This document shows positions 13,432-25,600 of a DNA stretch of 64,000 bases, piece after piece (position 1 is the stretch's first letter; every line of letters starts with the position of its first letter). Source of the DNA: Amphiscolops sp. MND2022 (Eukaryota); assembly GCA_964187785.1 (NCBI GenBank), contig OZ076417.1, positions 51,460,001 through 51,524,000 on the forward strand. The letters are read 5' to 3'. The notes under the pieces are model-generated. The model was not told the origin of the DNA. It saw only the letters and a program-made list of their open reading frames with translations, and did no database searches. Position numbers and translations under genes: made by a program.

Positions 13432-15040
13432 TGTGACGGGACGAGGTATACGACATGCGCCGGCAAGGCAAACAAGATCCAGCTCCCGGTGCACTCCTTA
13501 TATATAGAAACCAGAACCTTATTGACACGAGTTTTTATTGTTTTATGATGTTGCTTCATTTTAAACTTGAATGTTAGTCTGCTAACATTGTATACTGAAA
13601 TGTGCGAATTGTAGGCTGAATTGCTGATGATGAATTGCGATGCTAGCTGTACAAGTCCCAATGCTAGGCAAATGTAAAACACTGCGTACAGTACGGAAAC
13701 GAGTTCAAATGAGCTCCCGTATGTTTACGGCAACGAAATTTGTCAGCATATTATTTTCCAATCAAAACTCAGCTTGTATTAGTGCAGTACCATCGTTTGC
13801 CGGTTACGGCCGTTAAATCGTCATTCAAACGATTGTAGTGAGAGTTAGGCAATTGGCCGGTTTCGGCTGAATAGGCTAAAACCTTCTCAAGCTGCTATTT
13901 TTCTGTGGTAGATATAATTAGTCCTCATAATAATGATACAATTGCCATTACATGATTAAAAGCATCTCATATTGATGTTCGTAGTACTAATTGTTGATTT
14001 GTTTGATGTGAGTAAATACAAGTCCCCGGACTTATTCCGGCCTGTAGTTAAGGTGTGACATTATGTCTAATATCCACTATGGTCATACTAGGCCACTTCA
14101 ACAATTACCCATTGCATGTAGTTTGGAGGTTGTTCACTCATGTATCCTTTTGAGGGTCGTGTGTCAGCACGTGCCTAAGTCTGTCGAAGCATATTTTGTA
14201 TTTCTTTAGCTCCTAGTTGATGATTTGAAGATTTTTTAGTTGACAGTAGTAAGATGTTTCATTTAGAAATGCCTTTGAAATACTGTGTTATAAGTATTCA
14301 AACTCCTCGGACGCTTTGATGCGTCCAATTGTTGAAGACCAAGTGTTCTTCTAGGAATGCGGTTGTAAATGTTCAGTTGATGTTTTCTTAGATAGTATGT
14401 TGATTTGTTGATGAACAGGAATGTGAAAGTTATTTCCTCAGGACTGTAATTACTAGTAACTCTCCTGGGGAAGACACGATTGTTTGGACCGTTCTATTGT
14501 TCAAACTCATTTCAGAATATTTTGTTCTGATTGAATATTTGAAATATTCGCAATCGGATATTCTTCTCTTCATACCTACTGCAAGAAAACAGAAATTCAA
14601 GGCTAGAAAATCAACAAAAGCAGAAACGCTATCTGACATGGACATTATGTTAGGCAGCAATCACGTTGAGAGGAAGGACAGTGAAATTGGAAATTCAGAC
14701 AGACAGCCCGTAAGTCCTAGTTCCGATGCATAAGTAGATCATAACACTAATTTTCATACCAATTTAGGTGAGAATACGATTAGGTGATTTGCCGGAAACG
14801 GCCATAAATCAGGAGAAATTGATTCTAGTAGTGAGATAAACAGGCTGTCAGGAGAACCTAACCAAATGATCACTCAAGAAGAGATCAATGGACTTATGGA
14901 CAGTGTAAGTTTGCAAGTGGTACCGCAAATCCAAGCCTCGCTGAGGTCCGATTCAAGACAAATGTCCCAATAGGGATGGAACGTTCCGACCGAGAGACCG
15001 GAACTTAGGTCCGAAAGTAAACTCTACCGCAAGATTAGAA
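13432..15040 (+). mobile_element. Truncated Gypsy copy B (5' LTR 13432-13748, leader and gag start), same family as 1935-7740
   Basis: Colinear similarity with 1935 to about 3400, including ARKSTKAE...MLGSNH...SSEINRLSGE; similarity stops near 15040. Confidence 0.85.
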
Positions 15041-15501
15041 ATAGTTCATGGGATGTACCGCTAACTCAAAAGTATGATTATTCTTCCAAAAAAATCTCAC
15101 AATGGCAAAAAATCTATCCCAAATAGGGGAAGGAGCTTGCGTCGTTTCATCTTTTGGTAACATTAAAAAATCAAGTCCAGCGCGGGATTCGAAGTCAATT
15201 CGAACCAGATACCCACGATAACCACTAGACCAAGAGGCGAACAGTTTAAAGGGATAAGAATCTAGTCTAGTATTTGCATGCACAAACTGTTGGAAAAGAA
15301 AGAGAAAAAGGAACTCCTCTTATGCTTAAGATTTTTTATTTTCTCAAAGCATAAAATAGCATCGTAAAATCTTCATGGAATCCATCATTTCGAAACGCCA
15401 ATCTGTGTACATTGAGATCTCGAAATGATAGATGTTTTGTTCCGTGGCTAACACTAGAGTTACGAACTACATGTAGCCGATAAAGTATTTTTTGAACATA
15501 C

Positions 15502-15679
15502 GACTGGGAAGTTGAGGACCAATCGTCAGGAAAAATGAATTTAGACGTGAAAAGAATTGATAATCCGTGGTGCCTCGGACATGGCTGAACTCCAATCAAC
15601 GTCATGGCCCTGCTGGTTATCAGAACTCGTAGACGATGTCCCATTTTGTGTCTTCCACCGACGTAGTGAAGGCTCAGAA
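15502..15679 (-). CDS. Cys-loop receptor exon 7 (end of M3, MX helix); 3' boundary uncertain
   Basis: TGCAG acceptor; phase-1 join gives FTAI-V-LSLHYVGGRHKMGHRLRVLITSRAMTLIG, matching the nAChR post-M3 pattern VLNxHxR...HxMPxWVRxVF; candidate donor GTATGT at 15501. Confidence 0.75.
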
Positions 15680-15919
15680 CTGCACATGGAACAATATAAG
15701 ATTTTTAAAAAAATGAATGGGCAAGGATTCGAACCCGAGACCCATACCATGTGACTGAATAAACAATGAACAAGTTTCGAAAAAAGCCGCTCAGTGCTGA
15801 AAAACGGCCCAAAGAAAGACTCTTTAATCCCGTCTAGAATTTAAAATCTTGAAAAAAATTCTTTGTCCCGCGCAAGAATCGAACACGGGATCTTTTGTCG
15901 ACGAATCAGGCATGGTAAC

Positions 15920-17554
15920 CAGGGGTGCTCAAAAATTGAATGTACTTCCAATTAATTGCAATTAAATGCATACAATTAATTGATTGGGAGTTTGAAACCA
16001 ATTAGTGAATTGACTTTTGGGGCAAGCATTTAATTGCAATTAAATGGAAGTATTAAAGACTTTCTATAATCAGTGAGAACTAGAGGTAGGCGCCACACCG
16101 CCGCCGACTTGTTTGATCTCCACGCCGTTCACGCCGATGTAAATCAGCGTGCGCCGGCGTGAACACATACTAACGTGAACACATACAGTGGTGTGAAAAA
16201 AAATGCGACTTAGTTGCTCAAAACGGCTAATTTTGCAGTCTCATATCTCCAAAACTATTGGAAACGGTTCAATTTGGTAAAAACAAAAGTTTCTTGAATT
16301 TTTGCTATAAATACAATGATTTTTGTTTGAAATTTCAACCATCATTGTTTCCAAAGTTAGAAACGTGTAATTTTGGGAGGAAAATATTTAAAATGGCCAA
16401 TTTTTGAGAAAATATCAGTGATCCAATAAATATTTTTTGATAAATTTTGCCTTGCAGATACACTCAAATCTCTCGAAAACGAAGATGAAATTTGATTTTG
16501 GTTATATTTGGAAAACGTATATTGGTGGGAGTTTTACCAAGTGTAAGTCTGAAATTCCTATCTTAATACATGTATTTCCGATTTTTTTGAACGGAAAAGT
16601 GCTCCCATTTTTGTTTCCTTGGTGATTTCCACAAACAAAAACTATCATGGGATTGAGAAAAATCAGAGCATCTTTTTGGTATAATTTTCATGTATAAATT
16701 ATCCCCAAAAGACGGTAAAATATTGGAAAACACTTGTTTTTGCCAGCCATCGAGGCTCGTTAAGCCAATGAGATTTGAGCAGCGAGGCTTTGTGAACCAA
16801 TCAGATTAGAGAATTCTTTGCATTCTGAGCAACTAAGTCGCATTCTTTCTTCACACCACTGTACAACTCAAGCACGTGATTTGTTTAAGAAACACACATT
16901 CGTTCCTGTACAGCACAGATAGTTAACTCGATGTTTATTCAAGTTGTGAATGAAATAAAATGCATGGAGTCCATTACTAAACTATTGCGAAGCGATAGTA
17001 CAGACATGAGTGACGTCCGTAATCCTTTTGATGAAATTATATTGAAATACCTTGGACTGAAAGAATGCCTTGTACCTGATGTGGCAATTGTTCATTCTCC
17101 AATTTTCGAGTCCGCCATTGTTAAAATCCAGGAAATCAAACAAGAAACTCCCAACTTCGAGGAGCAACGTGCCGTGGACTTTCTGAAAAACGAAATTTCT
17201 GACGAAAACGACTTCTCAAAAGTTCCTAAAAAAGGCTACATGGATTCACGATTTCTGTTGCCGACCTCTAACATGGTTGAGATTTTTCAGCTTGGCAGGC
17301 TTTACTTTTAGTGATTACAGGCAACGGCTGACACCAGCAAATCTTGAGATGCAACTTTTTCTGAAACTGAATAGAAAATTCTGGGACGAAGAACTTGTGA
17401 GCGAAGTGTGCGCTAGTGTTAAACATTTGCAATTAATTGCATTTAATTGCAATTGTTGCAATTAATTGATTGCCTCTGATAAGTAATTGCAATTAATTGA
17501 TTGTTTCCTTAATAATTGATTTTTTGCCTATCAATCAATTTTTGAGCACCCCTG
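15920..17554 (+). mobile_element. Non-autonomous hAT DNA transposon with a transposase 3' fragment
   Basis: 20-bp TIR CAGGGGTGCTCAAAAATTGA; perfect 8-bp TSD ATGGTAAC; C-terminal dimerisation motif LPTSNMVE/RFFSLAG...RQRLTPANLEMQLFLKLN (16931-17465, frameshifted). Confidence 0.92.
16186..16861. mobile_element. Tc1/mariner-type MITE nested in the hAT element
   Basis: TIR CAGTGGTGTGAA...GCGACTTAGTTGCTCA at both ends, flanked by TA; no coding capacity seen. Confidence 0.88.
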
Positions 17555-17791
17555 ATGGTAACCACTTGGCCAAGTGGCGGGACATTGCATACGGACTCTT
17601 CAAGGTGAGCTCTGTGTTCTGGAGAAAAAACTTGTCACCATAATATTCGAACACAGTTTATTTTTGAGCTTTTTCGAAATTTTCGTAATCTGAAATTTAA
17701 TTAGAGCAAGCAATCAATATGATTACGTTACTGCATTTGAACGGATTCAAAAGAGTGATACAAAAAAAAAACAAGAAAAGGAAGCTCTAAC

Positions 17792-17915
17792 CAATAGCAG
17801 TGAAGATACAAGCGAGTGACATCTGCAGAACCACAGTGATGACGAAGAATCCCAAAATTGGAAAAGTGCGTGAACTAGCTGGCAGAATGGCAATGAGCTG
17901 CTCATACGTCACTAC
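17792..17915 (-). CDS. Cys-loop receptor exon 6 (end of M2, M2-M3 loop, M3)
   Basis: TCCAG acceptor and GTTAGA donor; 124 nt; VVTYEQLIAILPASSRTFPILGFFVITVVLQMSLACIFTAI; phases match exons 5 and 7. Confidence 0.92.
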
Positions 17916-18319
17916 CTGGACAAGATTATCCAAAACTTACTTATATTTTTAGAAGATTAATTGCTCAAATGAAGATGAAATCAGGAATCTGTTCCGTCGA
18001 TATTGCAGCTTAACTTCTCTTGTTTCATCTTTTTGAATCCATTTTTCAAAGCAATTGAAATAAATGTGTAAAACAGTGTTCTCGGGATTGTTTTATGTAA
18101 AAACTAGTCCGCTTGTTAGGTATGTTACCTTTTACCTTACATAGAAATAAAAATCATTGGTTTATGTATAAACATTTAAAGACATTTAAATCCATCGTTT
18201 TTGAAGAAGTTACAAAGAAGAGCATGATTTTTTTTTAAATTACATGTAACAGAATTAATACAAATGGATCTTCTCGAAAAGACAGGTATTTCTTTGTTTT
18301 CGATAATCTCAGTCGTCAC

Positions 18320-18411
18320 CTCCGCAAGAAGCACTGTGATAGCCAATGACATCTTCTCGCCAGACTCGACCGGCAGAAGAAACGTCAGGGGAGAGAGAAG
18401 GTCCAGAATGA
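18320..18411 (-). CDS. Cys-loop receptor exon 5 (M1 end, M2 start)
   Basis: GTTAG acceptor and GTGACG donor; ILDLLSPLTFLLPVESGEKMSLAITVLLAE carries the FxLP...GEK cation-channel motif. Confidence 0.93.
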
Positions 18412-18569
18412 CTAACAAGCAACTACATCTACATGTATCCAACCCCTTTTCAGTGAATTTTAACTTTAGAGGTGTTTTCTGTATCTCGAGCAACTTTGAA
18501 ACATTCGGTGCCTAAAAGTGGATTATTATTCATGCATTAAGGCACTTAAAACAAAAACTGATTTTGGTA

Positions 18570-18952
18570 CTCCTGACTTAGTGTGGTCCCAAGCGATTTC
18601 TCCTTACTAAGTGTGGTCCCTATAATGTAAGTGTGGTCCCTGCATATTTTGTCGGAATAATTAATTATAACGTAGTCAGCTATGTTCACAAACCCCTAGT
18701 GCCCTAAATGCAGGAGCGAAGCGAAGCGGAGCGACGTGCCATATGGCCATGCCTCAATGTTGGTAGTTGGCGAAGGGAGCGAAGCGACCGAGCCATACAA
18801 CAAATATGCTACCTCTTCAAATCAAGCTCCATACATATTGGCTGTAACAGCACTAAAAGCTAGTAAAATAAATTCTGCTGTTTTGAATTACATGTAATGT
18901 TTGCTTTACGTTGGCTATTCTAAATTTGTTAGGGACCACACTTAGTCAGGAG
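18570..18952. mobile_element. TA-flanked MITE
   Basis: TIR CTCCTGACTTAGTGTGGTCCC / GGGACCACACTTAGTCAGGAG (1 mismatch); TA on both sides; AGTGTGGTCCC repeated three times at the left end. Confidence 0.8.
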
Positions 18953-19549
18953 TACCCTGATCTCCATTCAATACTTCAGGTGTTGTTGATTTTAACTGCC
19001 CTTGTTGAAACTTCTTGAACTGTTTGCATGTACTTAATGTTGGCTGCAATTTTTATGATGATTTTCTAAAACTCTTTCGGAAACATTCTTGCGAAAATAT
19101 GTACCTGTTGTATTCGATTTTTTTCAAGCTACTTGACAGATTCATCAAAGTTTTGGGGGCAATATTAGACCTTGAAGTTTTGCAGGTTTCATTAAGAAGC
19201 AGTTCTAATTTTAGAAGCAAATAAATTTCAGTTTAACATGCAAAATAACTTCAGTCACGTAATAAACTGCAAATTAGCGTCATGTTTATCGTCCCATTTG
19301 AGAAGCGGTGATCACATCAGATGAGTAGTTGGGAAAACAAAGTGTAAATACAAAGTGATTGTGTCGGTGATGAAGTGGTATTTATTTTCAAATTTATTTG
19401 CAGTAGTGTAATTCTACAAGATTTACCACCTGAATTACCACTGAAGGTTCTAGGTTTGTTAAAAAATTACCCTGCATGCAGACCTGCAGCATGTGAAAAG
19501 TTCCTGCAATCTCAACTAGGGTGAATACAGTAGCTTCAGAATCAAATAG

Positions 19550-19798
19550 AAAATTACGGATCTCAACGGCACAGCTCTCCAAAACAAGCAACTATTCTGA
19601 CCTTTTACATATTGTCCTTTAAGTGAATATAAACTTAACAGCTTCTTTTTTATTTCATTTTCAAGACAACTGTTGAAATTTGTTCATGGAATCGTTCAAA
19701 AACCTAATTACCCAAGTTGTCCGTCCTGGCACTTCGCGGCACCGGTTGATAGAATTTCGCATCATTCGAGAGCTTTGCCGTTGAGATCCGTAACTTTT
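19550..19798. repeat. Small inverted-repeat (foldback/MITE-like) element
   Basis: AAAATTACGGATCTCAACGGCACAGCTCTC is inverted as GAGAGCTTTGCCGTTGAGATCCGTAACTTTT. Confidence 0.6.
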
Positions 19799-19879
19799 TA
19801 TCCCGAAACTGTTAAATTCAGTTAAAATCCACAACACTTGAATTGTTTAATGATAATTAATTTTTTAGTCGGCACTTTT

Positions 19880-20336
19880 CTTGAAAAGAGTCGACTATAG
19901 TCATGGGTTTTCGTCAGTGTTGTTTTTTCAATACACCTGAAGTGACCACAATAGTTCTACCAAAAGTAATACAAAATTTTAAATTGCACCTGTTGGCCCA
20001 GGGAACAATCAAAAAGGTTTTTCTTTGTTTTCCGCGTAACATACATTACCGGGCGAGACTAAAGGGTTTCTTTCAATTTTTGTTCGGCATTGTGCGACTT
20101 TTTTCGAAAACTTTTTTCCACCAAGGGGACCCCCTTCAATTTTTTGGAGGTTTGCGACAGAATGGATGTTAAAAAATCCCAAAGGGTCCTCCCTTACAGT
20201 TTTTTCGGCATTGCGAGACTCTTTCATTTTTTTTCACCAAAGGGTCCCTAATTCACAAATACTTTGACACTTCGAAGTCTTTTTGCTCATTTTGATCCTT
20301 AAATATGGCGCCGACTTGTGCCGGTCCCGGCTTGTT
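19880..20336 (-). repeat. Dispersed repeat family with internal tandem subunits (reverse copy)
   Basis: Ends ATGGCGCCGACTTGTGCCGGTCCCGGCTTGTT, the reverse complement of the family start seen at 53359, 53834 and 55081. Confidence 0.8.
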
Positions 20337-21122
20337 GTTTCAAGGGAGCACCTTAACGATTCAAGGTAACATTGAATTGAAGACATTTTAGGCGCCTGAT
20401 TTTCTATAGCTACTTAGCAAGCTGTGCTGCATAGTGAGACTTATAGTGAAGAAATAGCTTAATCAAAACGAACAGTGTACAAGCGCAGAAGCCAATGTAG
20501 TGAAAAGCCGAACTGTTGAGTAATCAATCGAATGCACAAGGTCTCACAGTGCCGAAAGCAACTTTGGTTTCATTCAGATTATTTTAAATTGGGTAAAAGT
20601 GTAAAAATAACCAAAGGGGTGTCCTTTGGCACAATTTGATGCATTCTAGATTTTAGATCTCCGTTAGAAAGTTGAGAAAAATGTTCGTCAAGAAAATTTG
20701 CACAGTGTCGGTGGGAAAAGACGTGCGGTAGTCAAATGCATCTATTGTCTTGAGTCTTTTGAGAAATACGATGTTGCTTATAACATCGTAATTTACCATT
20801 GAACTCCAAGGATTGATCTGGGATGAACCGTGCAATCATATCATGCAAGGTTGTTCATGGCATGAGAATTGGTATAAAAAGCCATGATCATCCATGTTTC
20901 TCCATAGATCGGAAAGTAATGAGCAGAAAACTCCATCCATGCTGATTGATGTTTTTCCATAGAAAAAACCATACATGCAAATATAAGAAGTCAGGAAGTT
21001 TCTCCTCCTTTTCATTTTCTCAACAGTTCCATGATTTTCCCCTTATTGTGAAGTATAAATTCACTTTTACATATTCAGAAACAAATGATCATTCAGTAAT
21101 GAAAAATAAACAAAATAGCTGC

Positions 21123-21326
21123 CTGTAGGAAACAGAAGAACATGAATGTAAAAATCCGGGAGTCGGGTCAGCTTCAAATGAACCTTGAGCTGGTCGAACG
21201 TGCCCATGTCAGCCAATCCGCGGTCAGATAGTTCCGACAACAGGGGGCGCTGCAGTTTCCACTGTTCGTGGTCCGAGAAGTACTCTAGGTCTATCTCCTT
21301 ACTTACGTTCATGAAGGCATCGAAAC
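21123..21326 (-). CDS. Cys-loop receptor exon 4 (beta8-beta10, loop C region, start of M1)
   Basis: TTTAG acceptor and GC donor (ACAG|GCAGCT); 204 nt; FDAFMNVSKEIDLEYFSDHEQWKL...FDQLKVHLKLTRLPDFYIHVLLFPT; no vicinal Cys pair. Confidence 0.92.
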
Positions 21327-22642
21327 CTAAACACGAACAAATGCTTTCTTACCATTTTAATCACGCGGATTTCCCCTTCCGCCATAAAGAATCAGGTTGG
21401 TCATAGTCTGCTATAAAAATACTGTATGGTACCAGGCTGACCAAAGACGTTTGGGCCTATTAGCTAACCTTAGCATGGGCCATCACTTGTTGAAATTGCT
21501 TCAACTTCTTACAAGATCTTTAAAAATTTCAACAACTGCTATTAGGATTTGGTAAAATGTTGGAAGTTTTCATATCGAAATATTTTCCTGTTACAATTGG
21601 CATTCATCAAGCTGCTTAAAAGATGCAACCTATTTTTGGCAGCTAGAAGGTTTGCGGGATTTGTCAAGAAGCTGTTCTGTTTTTAAATGTAACTAAAATG
21701 TTGTCCGTCATTTTACGTGGGCAAACAACACACACTGCACGCAAGGATCCTCTTCTGTGCTGTTTGAGAAGCGGCAGTTACATCAGATGAGTAGTTGAGA
21801 ACCCAAAGTATGAAAACAACGTGATTGTGCAAATAAAGAAGTAGGAAAGACTTCCGATTTTGTTTTCAATAATGGAAATGAGAGCGCAATTCTGCTTGGA
21901 ATACCACCGGAAGCTTATTGAATTTTTACGGGTTTTATTTAAAAAAATTAAATGCAGGCCTGCACCATGTAAAAAGTTCCTGCAGCCTCTACTAGGGATA
22001 CAAAGTTCAATCTATGGTCAGTCTGGCTTCATGAAGAATACAATAGCAAAATGTAGCATATTCTCATGGCCAATATCTCTGTGGTAAAGTTGTAAAAAAC
22101 TATCATTACATATTTGTCAACATTACATCATATCACAAATATTACATAAGAAACCTGCTAAAACAGAAGCGTGAGAAAATTTTCGTCTCAAAAACGATAC
22201 CGTTAATACAGTTACGCCAATCCAAGTGTTATTGCCAATTTGCTTTCGTTTGCCATTTTTCTGAGTAATCCTAAAACAGTATCCGCTTCTTAATGGGAAG
22301 CAGTAATCAAAATTGCAAGTGCTTGGCAACTTATGCTGAATAATCTGTTCATAGACTCAAACAAAGCGCATATCTTATTTTATAAAAATAGCACCGGAAT
22401 TTAGAAAAGTTTCATTTAGGAATGGGGTGGTTAGGCCGTTTTCTACCGTTTATACGAGTTACGCCTTCAGATACTTTGGCCGGTATTTTTTAGGTGTCTT
22501 TTTTAAATACATGAGGTCAAAAAGGTCTCTTCTACCTTCCACTTCTACCTTCAGGTGCATGATGACAAAGCTCGTTTCAGTTTAAAGTATTTGTGTAATT
22601 TGGATGCCAGAGAACAAGAGTTCAGGTTGTCCATACTCCGGG

Positions 22643-25600
22643 TGTTATACGGTTTATCCGTTGAATGACCTCTAGCATCTTAACATCTTAACCTAGCTTA
22701 GTTATAGAATAGAACATGGCACAGTCAGTCAATTTTTAAATTATTTGAACCTTTTACCACAGAAAAACAATGGCCGAGAAAAATACAGTCCCAAGCCTAG
22801 AAGCAAAAGCCACAGATGGAAATTCGGTATTTACACCGAGACAATGGCTTGAAAGGTTCAGACAGTTTTGTAAACGGGAACACAAAATCGATATCGCCCC
22901 GCTGCTGAAAGGAGAAAATATTACGGAAGCCGATTGGAACGGAAAGGAAAAAGCCGTACAAGAAGAGTTTATATGGGGAAGGAAGCACTCTACCAAATAA
23001 CCAGGACCGAATATAAAACGAAACCCGATAGTATAAAAGTGAAAGACCTGATCCGGTTATTTACCGAATTCTAAATGCCAAAAAGAAACGATTACCACAA
23101 CCGAAGAGATTTCTTCTGAGCGAAGGAAACCGAAGATGAAACACCGGAGGAATTCTGAAGACGATTAATCAAAATTGAAAAAGAATGTAACTTCAACGCA
23201 ATATCGGCTGAAGACTTGCTGATAAAAAATATATGACTGCAATTACCGATAAAAAATTACGGGACAAAATAATGAAAGAAAAAAACATTGGAACTGAAGA
23301 AAATAATCGAACTAATAAAGCAAAATACGTAGGAGAAAAAGAACAAAAAGAATACAATACCGGAAGCTTTGATATCAACAAAAGAAAAACACATAATAAA
23401 AGTAGAGCCGATTCAACGAATGGAAAGATTCGGAACAAGACCGGGAAACGAAAACTTCGGAAACCGAACATGCTGATTTCGCAATGCATCCAATTGGACA
23501 CCAATACACAAATGTCCCGAATTAAAAGCCAACTGTAACAAGTGCGGAAAGAAAGGACATTACGCGAAGGCATGTAGACATAAGTTCAACAACAACCGAA
23601 CAATGAAAAGACTAACCGAAGAAACGCAAGATCACGCTAAGACATCAAGCGAATCAGATGAAAGCATACACCACCTTAGCGAAATACGAACGATCGAAGA
23701 AAAGAACAAACACTACACCGCAACAGTAAAAGTCAACGGAGTGAAAAAGGAATTTTTGTTAGACACCGGATCACCAATAACGATGATGCCACCGGATGAG
23801 AAAATAATGAAATCAAGCGGAATACAGAAACTAACAAATAGATATCAAGATGTACACAAAAACGAAGTGAAATTTACGAGGAAAATTCCGCTAAACATAG
23901 AATATGAGAACAACAAACAGAAAATGAAAATTCTGATGACTGAAAGAACAGACATAACACCACTACTCGGAATGGACTGGATGGAAACATTCAAATTAAC
24001 ACTCGGAAGAATACAATTGGCCGAGAACAACCAATGAGAACGTGAAAAAGTATTCAACAAGTTTCCGGACCTATTTGAAAACAACGAAACAATAAAAGGT
24101 ACCGAAATAAAATTTCAACTAAAACCAGAACACCGTCCGGTAAAACGGAGAGCTAGACTGGTGCCACTACACCTACGAGAAAATGTGGGACGAGAACTGG
24201 AGAGATTAGTAAACTCCGGAAACTTGGAAAAATGAATGACGTAGACGAAGACTGTTTTAACGTTCCGGTAGTAATAACCGTAAAAAGTGACAAGTCGGTA
24301 AAGATAGCACAAGACTCACTGAACTTAAACGACAGTTGTATCAAAAGGAGACCACAGATGTTGAAAATGGAAGAACTACTAAACCAAAGTTTGGTTGAAC
24401 TTACACGGGACCGTACAGTACAATTATTTATCTCGAAAATCGATCTAGACTACGCATACAGACAAATGACGCTATCTGATGAAACTAGTCGACATTGCGT
24501 ATTCGCACTAACCGGAGGAAACTTTTGCGGATATTTCCGATTCGAAAAGGGATTTTACGGGCTTGCCGATATCCCACGATATTTCAAGAAAAAAATGACC
24601 GAACACTTTAATACTGTACACCGGCTTGGCTAGATGACAAAATCGTGGTAACCCGCGAAAACAAACAGGACGACGAAAAGAAACTATTTGACATTTTGAA
24701 TAAACTAGAAAAAGCCAGATAGAGAGCAAGCAAAAGAAAGTTCGAATTTTTTTTGAATCGAAATAAGTGGCTGGGACACGAAATAGACGAAAACGGAATT
24801 AAACCGAATGAAGAGAGAAGCGAAGCCATATTGAAACTAAATCCATCGGAGGACAAAAAAGAACTGAAATCGTTTCTCGGGGCAATACAATACATGGCAA
24901 AATTCTTACCGAAACTTTCGGAACAAACGAATCGAGAATACTCCTGAAAAAAATGAACCATGGGTTTGGGGAAAAGAACAACAGAAAGATTTTGAGAAAA
25001 TAAAGCAAGTATTAACCGAAAGTCCATGTCTGGCACACTATGCGAAAGACAAAGATAGCATAGGGACAACAGTTGCAAGTACAACGGGACTCGGAATAAC
25101 ACTTTGGCGAAAACAAGATGATGGAAATCAAAACCGAAAACATACGGAAGAAGATACTTGAACGAAACCGAGAAAAAAATCTTTTCAGTCCGTGAATTAA
25201 AAATACTAGCGGTAGTATGGGGATTGGAATGATTCCGATTTTACCTATACGGAAAGAAAGTAAACTTACATACGGACCACCAAGCACTAGAACCATTAAT
25301 CAAACGGAACCTGTGCAATAAACAATATAGTGCGAGATTAACACGGTGGTTAGACCGATTAACACATTTTGACAATTCAATACAGCGAATTGCAGGTAGC
25401 AACTTGAAATTTACCGATTATCTCAGTAGAATCCGGTAGTTGGAGCTACACGGGAAGAAAATTACAAGGAGGTATACGAAATAACATATTACCCGAACAC
25501 GCTAAATTTAATTTGAAACACGGAACATTATTCGCCGACCAATCAAAATACAACAAGAGCAAAACCGAACTAGTCGATGACGACACCGAAACACAAGATG

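Noticed and set aside
13432-13748. This LTR as the 3' LTR of the element at 1935
   Set aside because: It is followed by leader and gag, is preceded by unrelated coding sequence rather than a PPT, and is about 20% diverged.
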